Assembly: GCF_006345805.1 (NCBI RefSeq) | Contig: NC_043000.1 | Location: forward strand, 104,904,001 to 104,968,000 | Source of the DNA: Octopus sinensis | Lineage: Eukaryota | Reading direction: 5' to 3' | DNA length: 64,000 bases | Shown: positions 26,822 to 38,826 of the stretch, one piece after another | How positions within the stretch are numbered: the stretch's first letter is position 1 | Layout of the letters: the number at the start of each line of letters is the position of its first letter | The notes under the pieces: model-generated | The model's database searches: none | The model's input: the letters and a program-made list of their open reading frames with translations, nothing else | Told to the model about the DNA's origin: nothing | Made by a program: the position numbers and the translations under genes

Positions 26822-27599
26822 GTGCTTACGCGCATATATCTACATATAAATGCCTTTATAGACGTTTGTATGTATCTGCCTGTGTATGAAAGAAAGGCTT
26901 CGGCCGGGAGAGCGCGTGTTAGCGAGTGGAGGTGAAAGTGTCTGTCTGTGGTGTATGTATGCTTGTGATTAACCAGGAGCTCGGTAATGACCGAGTGGAC
27001 GAAGTGTATGAGTTTGAGAGAAAGAGAAAGAGGGGAGAGAGAAAAGGAGACAGAAAGAGGAAGGAAGGGAGTAGTGAATGTGTTTTCTAGAAATAGATCA
27101 CTTGTTATGTCTGACATTATCAATGTAGTAGGGTGGTTGGATGTCGTATAAAGTGCAGTGAAATGATTGCTCGGCTAATATCTGGGTCTAGACATGAAAA
27201 GTCGATAATATATTAAATAATATAATCAGAATATCGATCGGAGTGTAGCGCCTTCAAGCCCCCCCCCCACCTACACACACTTGAGTCACCTTTCCCTGTC
27301 CTTTTGCTTGCCCGTCTCAAGGTTTACAGCTATTAACAGGCATAACTATTAACGTAGATATTTTCAGCCATTATTGTGCTTTAACTGTAAGTCAGCCAAG
27401 ATACAATCAGACCAACCAACGAGGCGTTCCAGCCGTGATCATCTTGTTTTCTTGCATGTCAGGGAGTGCATTTTTAAGATAATTGGGTCCGACTTGAGAT
27501 AAATTAGGAAGCTGTTTGCAATAGGCCGAGCAACCACATAGAGGTAGATGTCTTCATGAGCAACATGAAACTACTGTTACAACCCTTATCTAACTTTTA

Positions 27600-29620
27600 T
27601 GTAGGGAAGTATTTCGACAACGGTGGAGAAAAACGTCGACTTTAGAGTATTATTACTTACAGTTTAATCAAACTTGTCGCCTTCTAAATAGTTCCCTCGA
27701 CTTTTAAAAAACAGTTCCACTTGTGGTATTTGATTGCCTCTCAACGAATATTGAAAAGGTTTTCTCAGACACCACTAAAGAAGCTTTATTTAACAAGCTG
27801 ATCGAGAAAACTGGGAAGCGTAATCAAACACCCTGGAAAGATCTGACTGCCAGCATATCTGTAGATAAATTCAGCTTCAAATCACGAGAATATCTCCAGC
27901 CCCGGGTAAAAGACGTGGAATTGTTTTGTCAATGACAAAACAATTCCACGCATATAAGACGTTCTACGAACACCATTTCCGAAACATATAAGAAAAATCT
28001 CTGCGTACAACGACTTAAACAATGAAGTGAAAGAGCTAGCCACCCTTCTGGTTTGTGTAACCACCTGTATCAAGCTTACAGCCCATAAACTCAGCTTCCT
28101 TTTGTATCATCAATATTGGATGATCAACCCAACCTCAGGGAGAGGCAAGCATCGTAAGTATAAGTATTGTTGATACCATCAGCTCTAATATTAGAAGGAC
28201 TAGACTGTTAAACCAATGAGACTGCAGCGTTGCAGTAATCGACTAGTTCTGCGACATTGAAAATAACGCAGCCTGCAAGTTCATTCAGTTCGATATTATA
28301 TATGTCTACCATTTAATTTTGAAATCCTTCTTCCTGAAAGTCCTAGATTTTGGTAGACAATCCATCTCTATGTCAGAATCACCATGAACGTTAGAAAGAC
28401 AATCTTGTTTCACGATGAATCCTACTGGGTAAAAAATGGAAGGCGACTTACTGCTCGGCGTAGCCATAGGAAACGAAAACGGCCGCTGACCCCGATAGAT
28501 TATTTATACTGGATATCTGAAAGAAATACACACATCCTCATTGTTCTCAAGCCCTACGAACGGCCACGCCACGAATAAGTTCAGGAAGAATATAATAAAG
28601 ATCTTCAAAGAATTCGGCCTAACTATAAAAGTTATTACAATCTAGATAAAAGTCGACTTTCTGTGCATAACCATAGACTTCGGGGTAAGTAAAACAATCT
28701 CTTCAGAAAATTCAACGAGAAAACTATTTATATCCTCAGTTACTCCAACCACCTCCAGCTGTCATTAGAAATCTAGCTACAAGCATCTGTAGAATTTATC
28801 CTTCAGCAGACGGAGAGAGGTTCGATAGATCAGCAACTCACAATACGAGTCATTAGCAAGGAGTGAATTTACCAACAAGTTAGCATATATAGAGAACCCT
28901 CCCCCAACTCCAAGCTAAAGATTTAGAAATAGAAAACTAATCTGGTTCAATCCTCTAGTCAACCTAGAATTACCACAAATAAACTAGGAGCTTCCTGACG
29001 CTAACTGAAAAGCATATTCCAAAGACCCAAACATATCATAAACCTTTCATCCCTCATAACGTCATGGTTAGCTACTCGTGTTGAAATGATATCGCTGCAA
29101 ACACTGCACGTTAATAATCACACATACACGGTCTCTATTCCAAACTGTAACTGTTGAAATCCTATCAACATCCCACTGGGGGGTGGGATCCTGTTTCTCA
29201 AAGGCTGTAGTCTACCAGCAGATGGCATCACGAGACGCTGTGCGGGCACGACAGCTAATGACTCTAATGGAAGATATATACAAAACATGTAGGAATAAGG
29301 AAAATTTCACCTCGTTGTTCTGTTTCATTTGAAGACTCCCGGATTATCGAGATGACTTCCCTAATGTCAAATGGAATATCCCTTGACAGAGCCCCTTCTT
29401 ACTCACCTGGAACTCGTAACTACCCACTCTGCCTCTACAGAAAACTGCACCTACTCAGCCAACACATAGTATCAATCAACAAGGACATCCTGTTGCTAAA
29501 TGACCACCGATATCCCGGATATACGAGCCAAAGTCTAGCCGATCCACACACAAAGTCAGGACATATGCTCCCTGCTATATAGACTGCAGCTTACTCACGT
29601 TAGTAACGTGCCTGCATGCA
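27600..29620 (+). mobile_element. Decayed Penelope-like element, Naiad-like (RT + GIY-YIG region)
   Basis: Motifs in the expected order: MINPTSG, CKFIQFDII (28274), RKTILFHDESYWVKNG (28393), GHATNKFRKNIIKIFKEFGLTI (28562), KVDFL, SNH.PAVIRNL, RNRKLIWFNPL (28925), KHIPK..YHKPF..NVMVSYSC (29070), NCNC (29143), AVVYQ, VKWNILDRAPSY..RNYPLCLYRKL..LLN. Many stops and frameshifts. Confidence 0.75.
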
Positions 29621-30028
29621 ATATCTGTTATCGCTAATGCATTCAAATTTCGTAAAATGATGATTGATTTTTCCCATTCCACCATGTACGGTATCCATTT
29701 TAAGAAACTGATATCCTTACGTATACTATATTACAGTTAAAGAAATGCAACACCCGACCTTCTTATCCGCAATAAGTGGACATAAAAATAAAGAAAATAA
29801 CCGATGTTGCTTTGATAGTATTACAATCATGTCACTGCTGCAGACCAATAAAGGTCTGAATACCTAGAAGCCATTTTGAATTTCCTTCAACCTTTCTACC
29901 CTTTCTCCGGACATCTGCCGAGGTGGACGCAAAGCTTTAAATAATCAGGAGCTGATTCTGTTGTTAGATAAACGTAACTCCAATGAAATATATTGATAGC
30001 TAATTTCTTTCCTTTGTTCATACTTGTA

Positions 30029-30213
30029 CATACATACATGCATACATACATACATACATACATACATACATACATACATACACTCATACATACATACATA
30101 CATACATACATACATACATACATACATACATACATACATACATACATACATACATACATACATACATACATACATACATACATACATACATACATGCATA
30201 CATACATACATAC
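30029..30213. repeat. (CATA)n tetranucleotide microsatellite
   Basis: Direct reading. Similar tracts at 16252-16330, 18235-18318, 33865-33915, 61030-61115 and 62189-62350. Confidence 0.95.
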
Positions 30214-30342
30214 AAAATTCTTGATAATTAATACAAAAAAATCAAAAATACTACTCGATACGGAGAGGTAGAGTAACATGTTCCTATTTATAAATACGAG
30301 TTATATATATATATATTTTCTTTTTTTCTTTTTACCCCCGTC

Positions 30343-30600
30343 GGTCACGTCACTGACCATGGGATTGCACCTAGAAAGTTACCCTCCTAGTCACAAGTCT
30401 GGGCAAGGTTGTTTATGGAAGACCAGCAGTCGCCCATGCATACCGGCCTCCCCTCTCCACGCCACCAGTGTTATCCAAGGGAAAGGCAAAGGCCGATACA
30501 ACTTGGCACCCGTAACGTCGCAACTCATTTCTACAGCTGAGTGAACTGGAGCAACGTGAAATAAAGTGTCTTGCTCAAGAACACAACACGCAACCCGGTC
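30343..30600 (-). mobile_element. SINE (core as in head C, different tail W), 5' truncated
   Basis: Reverse complement: gttgcgtgttgtgttcttgagcaagacactttatttcacgttgctccagttcactcagctg...ctttctaggtgcaatcccatgg. The tail also appears, diverged, at 40495-40660. Confidence 0.8.
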
Positions 30601-30803
30601 GGTTGCGTGTTGTGTTCTTGAGCAAGACACTTTATTTCACGTTGCTCCAGTTCACTCAGCTGTAGAAATGAGTTGCGACGTTACGGGTGCCAAGTTGTAT
30701 CGGCCTTTGCCTTTCCCTTGGATAACACTGGTGGCGTGGAGAGGGGAGGCCGGTATGCATGGGCGACTGCTGGTCTTCCATAAACAACCTTGCCCAGACT
30801 TGT
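30393..30803. repeat. Perfect 203-bp inverted repeat with 5-nt spacer
   Basis: 30393-30595 is the exact reverse complement of 30601-30803; spacer cggtc. The opposite-strand ORFs in the track translate identically from VACC to CPDL. Confidence 0.97.
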
Positions 30804-31294
30804 ACACAAGTAAAATATTTAAGTAATGGGATGTTCATAGTAGTTCACTGTTGTGAGCAATAGAGTTTCTCGTATATTCCATTTTCCGCCTCTATCATTT
30901 GTTTTATATATGTATATATATATATATATATATTATATATATGTTACATATATATGTGGGGGGTGGGGTGTAGGTGTGTGTTTTTGTGCGTATGTACATA
31001 CATATACACTCACACGCACGCACTCACACACACACATTCACACACACGCGCGCACATATATGTATGCATGCATAATAGGGGAGTGCTACTAGTACAAATA
31101 CGAATAAACAATACTCAAGCGAAAACGTAATTATATAATATTTAACCGAAGCTTAAGCTTTTCCACTGTGACTCCCGGATTTCACCTTCCGGATTTTCAG
31201 TTAGTATTGCAATTAACAATAAACATGTAGTGTTTGTGTGTGTCTGTGTTTGCGCGCGCTTGTATGCATGTATAGACACACACACACACATATA

Positions 31295-31335
<41 letters not shown>

Positions 31336-31345
31336 CTGCGTGTGT

Positions 31346-31540
31346 ATCGTTGGGGATTTTTTTCTCCGTCTTCCCTTTCTTGGATCTTTCCTTTTCTTAT
31401 GTTTCTGACGAAGAACTCCGCTCGAAACGTTAAATCCTCCTTTTTTCTTTCCTTTTCTGAGCGTCCAATAACACTATACTTGTTCCACATCCTCGCGTTG
31501 TTGTGTTTTCTCTTTGTGTTTTCATATTTGGATTAACTAT
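31346..31540 (+). mobile_element. Short PLE-pLTR-like repeat ending in (TA)n
   Basis: Pyrimidine-rich repeat with ctgacgaagaactccgctcgaaacgtt and a terminal ggattaactatatatatata. Confidence 0.55.
31401..31435 (+). ncRNA. Candidate minimal type I hammerhead ribozyme
   Basis: GUUU CUGACGA a GAAC[ucc]GCUC GAAA CGU U AAAU. Stem I GUUU/AAAU; stem II has one A-C mismatch. Confidence 0.5.
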
Positions 31541-31549
31541 ATATATATA

Positions 31550-31850
31550 GGAGCACCCTGTTGGTTTCGATGACGAGGGTCCCAGCCGATACAATTAACG
31601 GCACACCTTGCTCTTGAAATTAACGTGCTAGTAGGCGAGCACTCCACAGACATGTGTACCCTTAACATAGTTCTCAGTGAGATTCAGCCTGACACAGCGT
31701 GTGATGAGGCTGGCCCTTTTAAATACAGGTACTACTCATTTGTGCCAGCTGAGTGGACTGGAGCAACGTGAAATAAAGTGACTTGCTCAAGGACACAACG
31801 CATCGCCGGAAATTGAATTCACGACCTTACGATCGTAAGCCACGCGCCTT
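31550..31850 (-). mobile_element. SINE head C + tail Y (same family as 24310-24638), small head deletion
   Basis: Reverse-complement match over about 300 bp. Confidence 0.85.
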
Positions 31851-31869
31851 CACACACACACACATATAT

Positions 31870-31936
<67 letters not shown>

Positions 31937-31978
31937 ATATATATAATATATATATATAAGGAAAATAAACAAGGTAGA

Positions 31979-32027
<49 letters not shown>

Positions 32028-32707
32028 GAACACCTCGACCATAACTTCAGAAATTATTAGAAGAAAGTGAAAGATTTTTTGGGAAGTTGTCAGAAATACT
32101 TGGAATGAACAGAGGTACATCCTGATTTCATTATAACTTACATAACTTAGATATGTTTCGGCCAAAGATTGGTCCAGACCATGCCTAACTGAATACCCAT
32201 CCGATACTTTCGTTGTTTAATACATTTCATTTGAATATTTAGAACTCATCTTACTGTAGTGTATCGTCATTTTTCATTTACACCCATATGTGATCAATTT
32301 GACGTAATTTCTAAAATGTGATATCTCCCAAATATTGAGTACTAATGCAACTTGCTTCTACGAATCCTGCACAGGAGGTCATTGTTATTTCAAGTACTCG
32401 TAATGAAAACAATTTCACTGTTTCTGCATTGACATTAGCTCAGAACATATGCAATATGTGGCTCTAGAAATGTCACTACGATCCTGTTGAAATTCAGTGA
32501 CATTATCATGATGGATATTATTCATTATCAACATGGATTTCGAAGACATGATTAAGCAATTTAAGAAGTTTACGTTGAATGAATAATAAAGAAAGTATGC
32601 AATAATGAAAGTCTTACAGAACGGAAGTATTCATTCGAACCACAACTAAATAAAAAAGGAAAAACAGAAAAAGTACGTTCTCAACGTGTCGGTTCTTAAT
32701 GTCCGCC

Positions 32708-33266
32708 AAAACTCGTAATTTGATTGGTTGTTGGAATGCTTTAGCGTTAACGCTGATGTAATTGGGTAGAAAATACCGGTTCCGAATATAAAATGTAAAA
32801 TGAGAGGTGAAATTGGAATATGGAAAAATAGAAAAGAAAAGGAGAAAGAGAAGAATAGAGGAGGAAAAGAAAGAAAATACAAAAAGAAGAGAAAAAGAGA
32901 TTTAGAACTGTTATATAATATGCTGATTGAAAAAACCGATATGAACGATATATGCAAATGACAAATGGATAAAAAATTCCTGAAAATGAGAAAAATGAAG
33001 AAAAGAAAATAGTTTTATAGGCATTTCATAAACGAGATATAGGATTTTTTCAATCAGCATAGTATAAAATAGCTCTAAATCTTTTTTACTCATATTTTTT
33101 ATTTTCTGTTCTTATTTTCGTCACTTCTTCCTATTATTCTAGTTTTCAATTTTCGAGTTACATTTCCCATTTTACATTTCGTATTCGAATAATCGCTATT
33201 TTTTACCTAATTATATCTATACTAATGCTATAGAAAGCCCACCCAAAACAATCAAATTACAAGTTT
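32708..33266. mobile_element. Old fold-back/MITE-like element with long imperfect inverted arms
   Basis: Outer arms aaactcgtaatttgattgg...gaatataaaatgtaaaatg vs cattttacatttcgtattcg...caatcaaattacaagttt. Inner arms aaaaagagatttagaactgttatataatatgctgattgaaaaa vs tttttcaatcagcatagtataaaatagctctaaatcttttt. Confidence 0.65.
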
Positions 33267-33465
33267 ATTTTAAAATATTCTGTGACATTATAACGGTATG
33301 TTAAATCATATGCTTATATCTGCATGTTCATTGCTAATTCAACTACTATAAGATGAACCAAAATATGGAGCGATCGAGTCGTGTAAGTTTCAACTTCAAT
33401 TAAAAATTGTCTGTCTGTCTGTATGCATGTATATACATATACATAGCAACATATATGTATGCATG

Positions 33466-33520
<55 letters not shown>

Positions 33521-33758
33521 TTGAAAATCTATGAGAATTACTTAATACAGTTTTGAAGTGTAAAGGTGATTTTAAAAAAATATTTTTAAACAAATGTTAT
33601 AAAATCTTTTATCAGAATGTTACTAACTTTTTTAAGGAGTCTTTTCCTAGTGTATGAGCGCTTTATTTTAACCTTTCCATACATGTTTCAACATGTATAT
33701 GTATGTATGTATGTATAATATGTATGTATGAATGCATGTATGTATGTATGTGTGTATG

Positions 33759-33792
<34 letters not shown>

Positions 33793-33980
33793 ATATATAT
33801 ATATTCATACACATACATATAGATGCAAACGTACATGCATTCATACATGCATGCATACATACATACTACATACATACATACATACATACATACATACATA
33901 CATACATACATACAAATGTGTTAAGTTTCAGGAAACTCATGGAATAATAAAAGCAGTACTAATGAACTTACAACAATGTA

Positions 33981-34350
33981 CAGGGTGTCCTAAAAGTTAC
34001 TGATGGGTTTCAATTTTTAATAACTTTCTTAACTTTACAAATAAATGCATGAAATTATTTTGATATGATATTAAGGACATAATGGAAATTAATATGCATT
34101 AATCGAATTTTGCAACACTACGACATCACATATGAAAAATGACATCGCTTAAATGGCAGCCATTTCCGACTTCGCACTCCCGTGCTCCCAAGGCTTGCAC
34201 TATAACACCCTCAAAAGTTTCAGACCCCACTTCTCTGATTCCTCTATTGATGCTCTCCTTCAGTTGCACCAGTGTTTCTGGTTTGTTAACGTAAACCTTC
34301 TGAGATATCCCCACAAGAAAAAAATCCGGGCTAGTCAAGTTTGGTGAACG
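33981..34350 (-). mobile_element. Tc1/mariner remnant (transposase C-terminus and one TIR)
   Basis: TA|CAGGGTGTCC end. Minus-strand SPDFFLVG..KVYVNKPETLVQLKESINRGIREV..GCHLSDVIF follows the SPDL(T/N)P.DFFLWG.LK..VY..KP.TL..LK pattern. Confidence 0.75.
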
Positions 34351-34829
34351 TTATGAACAAAAATTATGCAGAATCACTTCATGGGTGTGTTCAAAAACCA
34401 AGAAGAATCTGTTTATGGATAATAATACTGTACCCGTTCAGGAGCAACATCTTGGACCTCTACACTGAAGTTGATACCAACGATTTTCTCAGGTCATAAC
34501 ATAGTAAAATTAATAATGTACTGCCCAATGCAAAATCAAATATACTATACAGAATGTATCAGCACCTTATCCATCCTGGACTTTTCCAAAGCTAACTGGA
34601 AATTGGCTCAAGAAAAATTCCTGAAACACAACTGGCCCGAAAGTATTGTATGTAAGAAACTGACTCGTAACTTAAAGAATTAATGTCAATAATGCAAGCA
34701 TTAAATTCGTTTCAAAGAAATATAAACAGAAACATTATTCTTAGAGTCAAAAATCATCCTTATCAGACGGATAATATAGACGTCAGATTTCATAAACAAC
34801 TTAATGATGTCTCGCGACACTTTCAGTGA

Positions 34830-35590
34830 GCCAAAACAAAATCAGACTCTCCCATGAAAATGAGAAGAAAAAAAGGAAAAACAGCGCAGCTGAAAATATA
34901 AAAACGAAATATAAGGCTTTCTACAAATTTCCAAAAGAATCCGCCTTAGTTCATTACAAGATAGGGTCATTGTTTGAAGAAAATAGCTCACTGACTACAG
35001 ACCCCAAGGGGTATGTTTAAAACAACCTCAAAGTGTTTTCACTTCTCCACTGGGAGATTTGCAAATAAATAGGCAAGATCTACTCTTTAATACTGCAACT
35101 CTTTGCAGGGAAGATGCAACCACAGATTACATAAACGTAGAGAATTTAGAATCAGCCACTCATGAGATTAACTTGAACTCAACCACATGCCCTGAGGTTT
35201 TTCCAGTGACCTTTTTCATGACATTCGAATGCTCTGTTAAAACCATTGCTTCCTTTCATGCGGCAAACTTCCTAAAAAGTTAAGAGGAAGTCGAGCAGGT
35301 ATCAAATTTTCAAGTCTATCTCGTTGAACTCACACAAGAACATAGTCATGAGAAGCATTCTGGAAAGAAAATATCTTGCTCACTGAAACAGCAGCACGGC
35401 TTTACTCCAGGAAGGAGGTACCTCAAACAACTACGGCAGCATTATGACTGGATACTGAAACAACAGCGCAAACATTTAAATATGGATGTGATATATCTCG
35501 AAGGCCTTTCATAAAGTTAGTCATGAATGTCTATCATGATTAAAACTTCACCAAGCCGGGATTGTATTATGGTTAGAATGTCACTGAAGG
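34830..35590 (+). mobile_element. Decayed CR1/L2-group LINE RT fragment
   Basis: FKSISLNSHKNIVMRSILER, QHGFTPGR (35392-35415), HYDWIL, MDVIYL..AFHKVSH (35481-35523), resembling YRPISLTS / QHGF..GRS / DVIYLDF.KAFDKV.H. Confidence 0.7.
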
Positions 35591-35599
35591 ATAGAATGC

Positions 35600-36055
35600 T
35601 ACTAAGATATCCCGCAAGTTTAGTTCCACTTCCGATGTCAGCGTATCGTGCAAAACAGTTTTTCAGAGGTTACGAGGTTCTGGGTTGCTTGCTTGGGCAC
35701 CGGCAAAGAAACCTCTGATCTCCAAGAAGAATCAAAAAGCCCGTCTTCGTTTCACTCACGAACATGTCGTTTGGACAGAAGGACAGTGACCACTGGTTCA
35801 TTTTAGCGATGAGTCGAAATTTAATGTGATTGGTTCCGATGGCGGAAGAAGTGGTGAAAGATTATGCATATGGGAAGAAATCAGTGAAATACGGAGGAGG
35901 TAGTGTAATGGTATGGGGAGTGATCTCTACTGCTGGTCCTGGTCCACTTATTCGCCTACAAGGGGCTGTCAATGCTGAAACCTAGAAGCAGATTCTTAGA
36001 CAGCATACTCTTCCACATTTCCGATCCTCGTCAGTTCAACATCCTATTTCGTCAC
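35600..36055 (+). mobile_element. Tc1 (DD34E-type) transposase fragment
   Basis: VSCKTVFQRLRGSGLLAWAPAKKPLISKKNQKARLRFTHEHVVWT...VHFSDESKFNVIGSDG...KYGGGSVMVWGVISTAGPGPLIRLQGAVNAET*KQIL. Confidence 0.9.
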
Positions 36056-36114
36056 TAGAAAAAGTATATATATTTGCATTGAGAACAATTTCCCATCGCC
36101 AACCAGTGGTTGTC

Positions 36115-36157
36115 ACACGCTGATGACGGGTCAATATCCAGAAACTCGGGTCCGTGT
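36115..36157 (+). ncRNA. Candidate type I hammerhead ribozyme with GUC triplet
   Basis: ACACG CUGAUGA c GGG[ucaaua]UCC a GAAA CUCGGG U C CGUGU. Perfect 5-bp stem I; self-complementary ACUCGGGU stem III; C-A mismatch where the stem II closing pair should be. Confidence 0.55.
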
Positions 36158-36335
36158 ATATCACGTCAGGCTGGAGATGGGAAAGATGACTTCCATTTGC
36201 AAATACTGATAGGGCACAGAAAGTGTGTCAATAGCTAGCCGGAGGAGATGTCTTCCTGGGGCTACAAGCTACAGTAGCATCAACCCTTAAGGGTTAGCCA
36301 CATTTAGGTTGCAAATATACTTCACGATATATAAG

Positions 36336-36435
<100 letters not shown>

Positions 36436-36709
36436 TTATATGCACATACATACACACATACACACACATACTTACATATATCCTGTCGAAGACGACGTAT
36501 GTGTGTTTTGTTTTTACTGAAGGACCTGTGCAAATTATTTGTTTATACTACGTACTGTACATTCACTCCATTAAATCGACAATTCCTGCACATGTGCGCA
36601 AATGTGCCTCTCGTCAAAAGTCGAACTGATCGCTGAGCAACGTGAAATAATGTTTTTTACTCAAGAACGCCGGTCCAGAAATCAAAACAACGATCGAAAT
36701 CCTTAAGAA

Positions 36710-37012
36710 AGTCATTCACTATATTTTGTCATAAAGAAAACCTTTTGTTGTAACAGGTAGGTTTAAACACACCCTGTTAGTTCGCAGCGCTCCCTAACCA
36801 GACTGCTGGATGTGGGAATTTCGGAGTAGTTTTTACCTCCGCTCTGCACCATAGATCGGAAAAGTAGACGTTGCTGACTGACCAGATAGACAGGTCTCTC
36901 TTATATTTCCGTACTATGACTGGTTAGGGAACGCTGCAATCTAACTTTCTGTGTTTATACCTATCTGTCTACAACGAGAAATTTTCTCCATTAGAAAATA
37001 TAGTCAATGGCT
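36710..37012. mobile_element. MITE-like element with about 90-bp imperfect inverted arms
   Basis: gttagttcgcagcgctccctaaccag vs ctggttagggaacgctgcaatctaac; pairing extends outward through caggtaggtttaaacac/gtgtttatacctatctg and ttcactatatttt/aaaatatagtcaa. Confidence 0.7.
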
Positions 37013-37842
37013 GTTTTACGGGTTCGAATATGTCTAAATAGTAACAAATGTGTATTTATTAACATCTCTGCTTGTTATTTTTCTAGTTCCAGAAACTAAA
37101 AATGTGAGGTTTAACCACGGTTATCATCATTTAAGGCAATGCTAAAAATGCATTTACAAAACGGAGATACTTGTAAGTTTGACTTACATTTCTCTCTGGT
37201 CCACTTTTGCCTTCTTATACACTGCTTATCTTAAGCAAAACACCGCTTATACACCGCTTATCTTAAGAAAAGAAGTCTGGCAAATACACCGCATGTACAC
37301 ACACACACACGCACACACATACATTTATATATGTACATATATATACGTATACATATGTATATATAGAAACGTAGATATAAATATCTACAAACAGGCACGT
37401 ATGTGCGCGCACACACATATATATCATTTGTCAATTTTTCTTTACAAGAATTTTCGTATGAAACGAAGTGATGAAATCGATATTATAATATTTTGGCTGA
37501 GTAATACTGATTATATTCAGAGTCAATAAACAATCACAAACCATTCTCCACAGTTTTTGCTTATATCCTCAGTATATTTTTGTGCCACAGCTTTCTGTGA
37601 TCTTCTCAAAGAGCTTAAATTAAATGGTGAATTTAAACTCATTGAAAAGATCACAGAAATGTTGTGATAGAAAAACATAGAAGGAATAGAAGCAAAAGCT
37701 GAGGTGTACGATGTGTGTGTGTGTGTGCGTGTGTGTGTGTTTGTGTGTGTGTGTTTATTGACTTTATAACCACTATAGCTCATGGCTCTCCTCAAGTATA
37801 AGAAATAACAACTCAATTCATACACACACACATGTGTATGTA

Positions 37843-37873
<31 letters not shown>

Positions 37874-37968
37874 GTATATATATATATACATACATATATA
37901 TATATATGTATGTATATGTATATATGTATATATATAGAGAGAGACATACATACACACACACACATATA

Positions 37969-38215
37969 TCTCTTATTATAAAAGGCAGATTTTATCTGCC
38001 TCCCTTTGTCAGTTATAGAAATCTACAATATAGGATTTCTTCAATTACAATTTACTTAGCATTTTTAAGAGTAGAATGCATCGGGTTTTGCCAGGTCCAC
38101 TTTTTAAAATTTAAACTCCAATTAAGCAAAATTTACAGAAAACTCACATTCTGGTGTGTATGTCAAATGCTTTTCTTAATGTGTTTTACACCACACGCAC
38201 ACGCACACACATAGT
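37969..38215 (+). mobile_element. Possible Helitron 5' end
   Basis: A|TCTCTTATTATAAAAGGCAG resembles Helitron 5' termini; no matching 3' end identified. Confidence 0.3.
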
Positions 38216-38374
38216 GTGCAACGAATAAAATGAAAGTAATTCACCTTTTGTAGTGAGTGACTCTTTCAGTCTGCCACTTCCTCTTTACACACATAGACAC
38301 GCAAATATATAAATAAAATTGTAAGGTAACGTGCGTGTGTGTGAGTGTGTGCGTGCGTGTGTGTGTGTGTGAGG

Positions 38375-38409
<35 letters not shown>

Positions 38410-38467
38410 CGTGTGCATGAGTGTGTGACAGGAAAGTATTTTAGGACGAATATAAGACCTATATCGG

Positions 38468-38794
38468 CGATGTTTCGCTTGTCGTAGCACAGGTTTCCGT
38501 CGATTTCCGTAAAAAACTTTTATTTTTTTACATAAGTAATGAGAGCGAAAGAGACTAAGAGAAAGCGATTGTATGACGAGGGAAGTTCTTTTGAAGTTAC
38601 CGTGCATGGGACGCATTGATGTACATGTGTGTGTGTGTGTGTGTGTGTTTGATGGAGTGTGGGAGACAGACAGTATGTTGTGTAAGTGAAGTGCTTCTGT
38701 TAGTGTGTGTGAAGAGACAGAGAGAGTAATGTGTGAAAGAGAGAGATAACTGAAATTTTTTACTCGGTTTATGTGTATATGTATGTATGCATGT

Positions 38795-38826
<32 letters not shown>

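Noticed and set aside
29070-29157. In-frame TGA after SYSC and after CNC in the Naiad-like element as possible selenocysteine
   Set aside because: The TGAs follow rather than replace the cysteines, and the one after CNC fits CGA-to-TGA decay. The element has many other stops and I saw no SECIS.
32140-32190. atgtttcggcc PLE-like signature as another hammerhead
   Set aside because: GAAAC and a possible stem II are present on the minus strand, but there is no CUGANGA core or stem I.
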